Positions 55,083 through 64,000 of a DNA stretch of 64,000 bases are shown here, piece by piece. Within the stretch, counting starts at the first letter, position 1. Each line of letters opens with the position of its first letter. The position numbers were made by a program, and so were the translations under genes. The stretch comes from Trichoplax adhaerens (taxonomy: Eukaryota > Animalia > Placozoa): positions 228,286-292,285 of the forward strand of contig NW_002060953.1 in NCBI RefSeq assembly GCF_000150275.1. Direction: 5' to 3'. The notes beneath the pieces were generated by a model, which did no database searches, was not told the DNA's origin, and saw only the letters and a program-made list of their open reading frames with translations.

Positions 55083-58000
55083 TCAATTTAAGTGATGTAC
55101 TACCGATAATTCAATTTAAATGTTTTAAATTCATATAATCCTAATATCTATGTTTGAAATCTATTTCTTGAAAGAATTTCATTTCATTTCTTGCCAATAG
55201 AATTATTTCATTTAATTCAGCTTCGTAAGTAAGTTTCATATTTGCATGTAAATTATATATGTATAGTATGATATTGTAACGTTCATGGCAATAGTAACAA
55301 TTTGAAAATGTGAATGTATATTAACTATAGCCTTAATTGCTATTACTTTTTAATCCAATAATGAAGGTTATTGCAAAGTAACATTGATAGCTGTAGTATC
55401 CACTACTATTTTACTTCCTAACTTTGCATTCAAACGTTCATGTTAACAAGTAGAATGTTATTTCAGTTTATTATTGCAATAGAAAATAATTTAAAGAGCT
55501 ACGCATGCATTATTTTAAATTGTAATCAATTTTGCAATAGCGCTCTGTTTAATATTATATGCTGAATGCTAGCAAATCCAAGTGTAGACTACTTGCTACT
55601 ATAACTAAAATACATGATACGCCAAAAACCTGTAAGTGAGAATGCGATCATTTTTCCTTCGAGATGAAAACAATCCTGATATTTATCTACGATATTAGCT
55701 ACTCTATATAAAAATACAGATTCAAGTATGCTAGATATCTTCTAATTAATTTTATATCGCCTGATCATTTTATTAATCAAGATGTCTAAAAGTGTGTTGT
55801 AATTGATGCCGTGTGCTTATAATGTCCATCTAGTATCTTAATACAGCCTCAAGCCTGTGCAGGAAGATAGAATGGAAGTTTTACTAGTAAATTTGATTAG
55901 AATATGCCAGATGTTATAATCCTTCCTTACGTTATGTTATTTACGTTGAAATTAACAATAAAATATAAGTGAAGCAATTAAATATATATCTGTCATTATT
56001 ACGTATACGGCTGTGATGTGGTGATGCCGAAAGGAACATCGTGCTTAACATACAACACAACTCAAATTTTCACTCGGAAATCATAATACGCGCTACCTTA
56101 GTAAGATGAGCATGGATAAATGTATGAGTATGAGTATAACACATTTCAGATAGAATCAAATTAGGTAAGTTTTGTAACTTCAAAATTGAGTACAGAACAT
56201 GGAAATTACACTGCTTTAAAATGCAGCCGAAGAATCATAAACACAAATCGCGGCTTTTTTAATCCTCGATGTCGTGTTTTCAGTCCTACCAGTATTATTT
56301 CATCATTGGTCAGGAAGAAATAGTAAAAAACGCGGTTCCTTAGCAATATGTAGGGAAAACGAGTGGTTTATAACCGTAATTACGTCAGATATTAAATTGA
56401 AAAGAATTCGATAAACGTGGTAGTTTTTAGTAAGCGGTGGGATTATAAAAAAATCATAAAATCGCGCTTACACCGGTAACTCATAAGGATGCAAGTAGGC
56501 AGTAACTAGTGTTTTAGCAAAATTATAGAATTTAGGTCAGTAAAGCTAGGTTTATTTAAAAGATATCTGCATTTCAACGTAAATCGTAAAATAATCGATA
56601 AATTGTAGCTCTATTTCCGTAACATTTCTCAGAGTTCCAGTAAAGATATCTATATCAAGGACTTCAAATGGCTCTCAAACATGTAAATCCATTAGTAATA
56701 GCAGTGTTAAAACTGAAATTGAACCGAATTTCATCAACATTTAAGATCAATGTAAGCCAGTAGAAATTAAAGAACCTGAAATGGCTCTGCCAACAATTCT
56801 AGAGGCTCATAACGTTCAGCTGGTGGTTTGGGCTTAGATATTGAGGCTCAGAAACGCGAAACCCAATGATATGTGATGATCACGGAGTCGGCTAATCGGA
56901 AAAATGAATTTTGCTAAGTTTTGGAGACTCCCTTAGATCAATCTTAGAATAGCACTCTTTTTCCTTTGTATTTTATCCAGAATAGAATATTGGCTGCTTT
57001 CTTATTTTATTTACTGGATGTTACGGTAAGCCTATATTGACAACAAAAGATGATCCTAAATTACAGAAAAGCTGCTACCCATACGAAATAAAATTCAATA
57101 TCAAATATGTAAACAGCCTACCATACATAATAGTTGCGTTAAAGCGTTAAGTATTATGTAGTGTAGGGTTATTAACGTTGCTATCACTCTACTAAGACAT
57201 ACGCTACTACTGTAGAATTGAGCTTTTCTAGCGGTAAGGTAACATCGAAACAATAAATCATTCTCTACTGGTGGATACCAGCTCAGTCTGCATTACTAGT
57301 ACCGTAAATAAATTTAGTTCAATTATAATTAAGTAAAAAATAATGATAATCATCAGACGAACAAATATCAATACTTGATACTTCTCTATTTTTAGCGATG
57401 ACACGGTTTGCGAACAGAGAACAAAAATCCATTTACTATTGCACGATAGTTTAGTTCAAGTAAATAATTATAATTACCTTGTAATGTAGATGCTTAAATT
57501 ATTATAAAACTGTGCATCATTACTTTAAGTGTAAATAAAGGGAAATGTTATTCTTAGCCATTAGTCGAGAGCTACAGTTCTGAGAATCTGAATTATGAAG
57601 TAATAATAATCACAGTACCTGAAGTTCCTTGTGTCAGATACAATGCCATTTGTAGTATATCTATTTACAGTTTACAAAATTTTACGTATGTGAATTCAAT
57701 GCTAAATAATAATCATATGTATTTACTCGAGACATCACCGCAGTTATTTACAAGGATGAGATAGCGCCTATCTAAAACTATTTCACTTCTATTTTCCAGT
57801 ATCTTACTTCAGCATTATGGACCTGCTACTAAGGAGGCCGACATCTGTGAATATTCATAGGATGCTGTAAACTCATTCAAAAATAACGTAAAAATCGACA
57901 AGATCAAATTACTGCTTAGTCATCTTTACTGCAAGAAGCTATAAACATCAATCGTAGACCTTGCTGTCTCTAGTGAAACAGCTACAGAAAAGCTACTGTA

Positions 58001-58175
58001 TCTATTAGCAATAGCATTTGAATATTAATCATCTCTGCATAAGCTAGCTTTGAGACCACATTTCCGATATCATTTTCGAAAGACAAATTATTTGGGCTGG
58101 TATCATATTATTATTCTCATTTAAAATTTGATAATGCATCTATTTTGACCACTTTACAGGGCTGTATGATATTGC

Positions 58176-58792
58176 TGTTATGTACCTTGTATTAGATTGT
58201 ATAGATGGTTCTATTTAATATAGTCAGATATCTAGGAATCGATATTATTATGACGCTAATATTAGATGACTACGTCACTGTCATCGAAATAACTTAGATA
58301 TGGATGTATGGTTTACGATAATGTTATATTTTAAAATTGTTAGAAGTACTATTTTAGGAATTGTTGTTATTAGTAATAAACTAAGCTTATTATAATATTA
58401 TGAGATATAGTAATAAGTTATTAGTAAGTACTAGAATATAGGAGTTTGACAGGGCTCACAATCGTAGTAGTTGTTTGTTACCTCGAAAGTCTGTATTTGA
58501 TAATTTAATCATAGTAACATGTTTCTTATTGAAATAGGTTGATAGCGTAGTAAATATGTTTATAACAACTGAAAGAGTATATAAGTAGGACTGTCATCAA
58601 TAAAAAGTTGTTTTGGTTAAGAATAAGTAGTGTGATGGTTATATACCATATATTGTGTAGAGAGAGTTTAGTGTCTACTTCGCATTGATTCCAATTACAT
58701 ACCGTAGGCTAGGGAAGTAATTCTGCAGATTGAGGTATAGTTTATTACAAGTAAAGTGATGCTTTTCTTGAGTCACTAGGGTAGTTGTGGCA
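58176..58792 (+). mobile_element. 5' LTR (family E) of a truncated Gypsy-like retrotransposon
   Basis: TGTTATG start (alternative TGT at 58163), TGTGGCA end (or GGCACA at 58794). TATATAAG 58578, AATAAA 58599-58604. Immediately followed by a PBS. Confidence 0.75.
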
Positions 58793-58796
58793 CAAT

Positions 58797-58814
58797 TGGT
58801 GGCAGCGCTGGAAT
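58797..58814 (+). other. Primer-binding site complementary to the 3' end of tRNA-Leu
   Basis: TGGTGGCAGCGCTGGAAT matches 16/18 with TGGTGGCAGCGGTGGGAT, the complement of a typical animal tRNA-Leu(AAG/TAG) 3' end including CCA. Lies 2-4 nt after the LTR end. Confidence 0.8.
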
Positions 58815-58950
58815 GACTGTTAATTACTATATTGGAAAATAATGATTACTAATATTAGCCAGCTAGCTAATTATGGTAAATAGATGTATGTAACTTGATG
58901 TATTGTAATTGAGAAGATTCCCCGCACCTTTATGGTGTTGAATAGTAACT

Positions 58951-59587
58951 GAAGAGTGATGATATATTGAGCAGATTGAACTGTACATTTGTGATAAAAT
59001 CCGATCACGAAAATCTCAAAGTTGTAGAAAATTAGAATTTTATTAGATCTAATACAAAGACTAGCTTCTCACAAGCTTTACTCTAGCTGAATACAAATAC
59101 TGTGAGACTTCTAGAAAAAAGAATCAGATAATCTAATGTCTATTGCTTTTATACTCTTTGTAGCCTTCGCAGCTACAATCAGCATAGCAGCATTCTACCA
59201 TATATTACACATATTCAACTTATTATTAGTTACAGTATTTCATAGCGAACCATCGTTAATCCGATATAGAAATGATCACAGTATTTTCGTAGATACGAGT
59301 ACTATTCCTACCCCTCAGAGTACATATGAACATAGCAAATCCTAGTATATGATGTATAATTCTATTTCTACATCTAACCTTATTAATAGCTCAATACCTT
59401 ACTGTATATATAGTCGACTATCTGTACTCTAGCATAGAGTAGAGTCTATCCTTACAGTCTATAATTATGGGCTACTAAGTATATCATAAGATAAATATAG
59501 AAAAGACACTACCGTACATCATACTAAACATGGCTAATAGTCTACAATCACAATACTAAGTTACTTTACAACATTAAAACTCATTGA
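58951..59587 (+). pseudogene. gag: gag N-terminal relic interrupted by a nested solo LTR
   Basis: Removing 58990-59575 restores EE**YIEQIELYIKTH, resembling the WxxYxExxExYxxxN start of Mag-type Gypsy Gag, ~140 nt after the PBS. Confidence 0.5.
58990..59570 (-). mobile_element. Solo LTR, diverged family B subfamily (581 bp), nested in element E
   Basis: TGTGATA...TTTACA on +. TSD ACATT (58985-58989, 59571-59575). Both ends align to 25217-25766 (ATCACGAAA; ATACTAAACATGGCTAA...TCTACAATCACAATACTA). Confidence 0.88.
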
Positions 59588-62447
59588 TAACCTATTTGAG
59601 GATATATTGAATAGTGGTTAACGCTATTGCCGTATACTGATCAAACAAAAAATAGTAAGAACAGCAGAGATGAACTTAGAGTAGACTTTGCTTCTTTTGA
59701 GCTCAGGTTATTTTAGTTTGGATTCTCGTTCCATTTAATTATTTTTCTACTATTCTTTGACTCTGTAATGAAGGCCTTTTTAAATTCTATCTAAGTGAAA
59801 TAATTATTTTTTGAGAATTAGACTAAGTTAGGCAGAATAGCTGCAATACTTTTATTACAGATATAGACCAAAAAATTGCGAAAGCAATATTTTTTTATAC
59901 AATCTACATATCAAGATTTCTCAAATAATATCGTTCATATGGATTCTTGCTAAGAAACCGGTAAGATTTCTACGAAAGTGAACGCAGTATAAATGTTACA
60001 TTAGTAAAAATCGATTGTTAAATTAGATATAAAATTTAAAGTAGTAGCAGTGTTCCGATAGAATTACAGCTTGACCACTGTTGTACATAGATAATCTCTG
60101 TCAGACATGACCAGTTACGGTATTTATTAACTTTGATCTAAGCATTGAAAAGAGTACCGTATCAATTATATCTGTTTAACTAATAAGTAACCAATTTCAT
60201 TAATTCTAGTGCTAGCCAAGTTCAGAAACGTTGGAAAGAATACCTTTTATATAATAATGGGAATCGGTTTATGAATAAAGTATTTGTAAGTCCTATAACT
60301 TTCCAAAAATTAAAAATTTCAATTTAATTATCGTCCATCTGTTTCTTGTAAAGTAAAATGATGAGAAATATTAATAAATATTTAATTTATTAACTCCTTA
60401 TTTCATAATGCTTACAAAATTTATATACCGGAAAACCCCAAGAATGACGATAGGAACACAAATTTATTGATTATTGGCAGCTGTTAGAACTGGAAGATTT
60501 CATTATTTTGCGGGAGCCAATAGTTAAATTATTAAGTTAAAATAGAAATTTGGTAAATGGTAGAGTCTGCTTTCAACTTATCCTTTACAATTTGTTGTGT
60601 AAATACTATTTATCGTCTACCTAGCATAGATAGCATTGCAATTAACTTAAAAAGATTCCTTAGAACTTCGATATAGCTACTACAAATATCGTTAACAATA
60701 GCAGTCATCATTCTCACTTTTTAACTAAAATATTGCAATATAACATAATGATAGGGGTATATATTGCAATGCAATTTAACTGAAAAAGATCAATCAGAAA
60801 TCAGAAATAGTTTCTACAAAATGCTATTACTTCAACAGTATTATCTTTTTCGACTCTACAGGACGTCCATCAAGGTATTGGAAATCATTCATGATAGATA
60901 TCTTAAAAAATAGCTAACAAGTAAGGAAGTAATCAAATTTTTCGTTCCAAATGTTGGCTATGCTTATGGCTAACGCCATATTATTGCTGATGTATAGTAT
61001 CTAATTGCAATCCGGCAATACAGTATAAGACGATAGGCTAGCTGAGCAATAGAATAAAAGTTTTCAATCTCTTGGGCTTACTTTCTGCAACATAGCAGCT
61101 GAATACAACTCATTTTTAAAATACTAGATACTGCAACTTGCCACAGTAGCAGAACAGGATAGGTGGATAGACAGAGTAATAAGTTTATAACATACATGGT
61201 TTTGATTTGCATAGGAAAACTCGCTCGTTAGACTACATGAATAATTCAATATCTAACTTATACCTTCGCCCTGTCATTATATATTCTGATCAAGGTAACG
61301 CCAACAGTGTTGAAAATGAAGTTCACTGCCTACAATTATCCCTAGCCATGGCGCTAAGTATTTATCCACTATTATTATAGTGTACTGTAGTTTTGGTTGT
61401 TTAAAAACAGCAAACAGTTACAAATTTCATAATTTAAATGGATGCCAGTATTAATTTTTGCGTTAATCAAGAGTAAGATTGAATTGTAAAAGTATTCTTG
61501 CCCCACTCCTCTCATGTTACTATTATAAGCCTAAGTGCAAGAATAAAACGTAAAATACCAAAAGTCTAACTTTTATTATTACAATAACAGTCTGGACTTT
61601 TTATTATGACACAGATGGTTTAATAGTTAGGCTATTGGTAAATTAAGTAATAAATTATCAATGAGCTAATTCTGTAAACAATAAAAATGTCATTTTCCCA
61701 TAAGATATTGACGTAATCTTAAAAGCAAGCCCACTCTCTTCACGATATCGAATTAATTATGTCATGGGATTTGTGAAACAGAAATATGCAAAAACAAAGT
61801 CTAATCATTGAAATCAATTAAAGACATGCAAGAAGTCGTTAAGTAAATGAATCTAGTTAGGAAATAGAGTTAGCTAAATCTGAATAGAAATATCTTTTCT
61901 TTGGCATTTCTTCCAACAACCATCATCAAATGCCGATCGCCAAGCCAATTTCAAAATCACAACTGGCAAAGATTAATTCTATAAAATCTTAAAGTTTATT
62001 TTGAAACTTTCTTCTTGAAATATCCTTGTAATGAGCTATTATTTAGCCATGATAAATTAATATCAGGTGCTATATCTACAGCATGAAAGAAAACTAACCG
62101 CTGTCTATCAATTAGAATAAGAAATAACGCATTCAATGTGAATGAAATAATCGACAGCAAGATTCATGTATTATATCGTCAAGAAAGATTCTATTTATCT
62201 AATAAGACTTTCTTACGTATACCACTTAATTTTATACGTATTGTTAGTCAAAATGAACTCTGTAATCAGAGCTATAACAACCAGCCACCATTTTCGATGG
62301 TATCCTAAATCTATTTGCCGTGGTAAGAGAATAATAATTCATTTATTTCTCCCCTTTTAAGAGCATCTGTATTAAATTATTCATGTAGTCATGAATATTA
62401 TAGAAACTGTAGCATTGAACTAGATGGCTGTTCTGAACTTTAATAAT

Positions 62448-63644
62448 TTAGACAAAGGTAACCTTACGAGAATGAGTCACATACAATTTAGTTGTACTTC
62501 GATCACTATCACTGGATGCTGTTCGACTTGATTCAGGAATATAGGTAATATCGGGATTGACCGAGTATTGATAATCACTAATGAAATATTTTGCCTTAGT
62601 CAGTCGTTGACAACAAAAAATAGATTTAAAGGCTGAATTAAAGTGAGGATTACAATAATAGCAAATAATAACATTGGAGATACTATAAAAGTAGGTTAAA
62701 TATTTAGTAAATGTTCGAATTATTAATATTTTTTGGCGAAAATCACAATCGTATTTGCTATAGATAGCTATGAGATCCAACATTACGTTAGTATCCACTA
62801 GAAAAATATAAATCCAGAAGGGTAGCCATGCTAACAGATAAACTACAAATATGATGACTGACATTTTACGTAATTTCTCTTTAATTGAATCAATACTTTG
62901 ATCATGTTGAAGAAACTGTAAATCATCAGATGCGCTGAATACTTTTTCAGGCAATTGTCGACCAGGGCTCATTGCTAAATCACGAATAACTTGAATATTG
63001 AAAAAGGCAACAGTAAGTACAGGCGCCACGAACGTAAGAGCAAAGAGGCAAGCATCATAAATTAATCGATTAGGATAACTTTGCAGCGAGCTATTTATTA
63101 CTATGCAATAGGATGATTTGCCAAAGGTTTTCGTTTTTAAGGACATTCCATAAGGAATCATATAACCAATTGCCATCAGCCATATTACTCCAATGCAATA
63201 GATTGCTTGTTTTTTATTCGGTTGTACATATAAAGATTTACAGATTGCACGATAACGTGCATAACACATTAATGTGATAGTTAATGCTGAGACGATGGTG
63301 GTAAAGATAAATGATGAATATAAAATTTGACACAGAAAGGATCCAAATGGCCATGTCCCATGAAATAAAAAATCGGAGATAAACTGGAATAATCCAGATA
63401 TAAGAAATAGGATAGTAACAAAGCTATAATTTAACATCATAATGTTGGTAAATGTCCATAATCGACGTGTACGAATAACTACATATCCGATAATGAGATT
63501 GCCAGTTATGGAGAAGATGAAGGTCGTGATGAAAACGATAGCTTTGACGATAGCCACAATCTTACTAATTTCATTAAAGTTGCCATGATCGTAACAATCG
63601 CTAGATATATTGCTGATAGGGTTGCTTGTTTGATTACTAGCCAT
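62448..63644 (-). CDS. Rhodopsin-like (class A) GPCR, peptide-receptor-like, 398 aa, coding region in one exon
   Basis: Seven hydrophobic segments. GN in TM1, WPFGSFLC in ECL1/TM3, ARYRAIC at the DRY position, W in TM4, ECL2 Cys, P in TM5, AWLPF in TM6, helix-8 F...F and CC. N-terminal N-x-S/T sites. First ATG at 63644. A pyrimidine tract + TAG acceptor at 63659 implies an upstream intron. Confidence 0.95.
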   Translation of the reverse strand: MASNQTSNPISNISSDCYDHGNFNEISKIVAIVKAIVFITTFIFSITGNLIIGYVVIRTRRLWTFTNIMMLNYSFVTILFLISGLFQFISDFLFHGTWPFGSFLCQILYSSFIFTTIVSALTITLMCYARYRAICKSLYVQPNKKQAIYCIGVIWLMAIGYMIPYGMSLKTKTFGKSSYCIVINSSLQSYPNRLIYDACLFALTFVAPVLTVAFFNIQVIRDLAMSPGRQLPEKVFSASDDLQFLQHDQSIDSIKEKLRKMSVIIFVVYLLAWLPFWIYIFLVDTNVMLDLIAIYSKYDCDFRQKILIIRTFTKYLTYFYSISNVIICYYCNPHFNSAFKSIFCCQRLTKAKYFISDYQYSVNPDITYIPESSRTASSDSDRSTTKLYVTHSRKVTFV

Positions 63645-64000
63645 GTTAATATTGATATCTACAGTCAAGCAATAGGGAAAAAAAAGAGTAACAAATTAAT
63701 TGACATGGAATGATTAGAAAGCAAAATTGGATATCCGAAAATCGATACTGCTAATCTCTGCAATCTAAAAATTACTTATTTCAAGCCTATTTTTCCCCTA
63801 TACCAAGCAATGATTCGTTTTAGATAAATTAATCGCTTGTATAATAGGTTTTGCAAAGAAGAAATAAGCGTAAAATGCGACTGGCTTACGATAAAACTTA
63901 ACAAAACATAAAGCTACTACTTTTAACAACGTCAATATAAGAATAAATCAACGATTTTGGATAAGAATATAACTAGTAACATTAGATCCTAATTCAGAAA

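Noticed and set aside
56760-56880. ILEAHN…GGLG, faintly like an integrase zinc-binding start
   Set aside because: Requires a frameshift and lacks the second His and the CxxC.
1-64000. CRISPR arrays, rRNA/tRNA genes, prokaryotic operons
   Set aside because: None seen. The sequence is eukaryotic, and the only tRNA-related match is the 18-nt PBS.

Overview
AT-rich (roughly one-third GC by eye), intron-containing eukaryotic DNA, most consistent with an early-branching animal such as the placozoan Trichoplax (inference from composition and gene style; not provable here). Two protein-coding genes are well supported. (1) A spliced + strand ETS transcription factor with its ETS domain in the last exon (54571-54869) and a chain of phase-1 exons at 51165-51215, 54005-54109 and 54259-54315. 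It appears to be fed by several alternative ATG-bearing first exons spread over ~30 kb (21702, 31214, 44701/44859, 50883), all ending in phase-1 GT donors. (2) A class A GPCR on the - strand (62448-63644), coding region in one exon, with several degenerate activation motifs. The otherwise gene-empty DNA holds eight solo LTRs (440-633 bp, TG...CA ends, 5-bp target-site duplications) from about four families. It also holds a ninth LTR followed by a tRNA-Leu-type primer-binding site and a gag relic, into which one of the solo LTRs is nested. There is an assembly gap at 54982-55082. Most short ORFs in the supplied track are chance ORFs.
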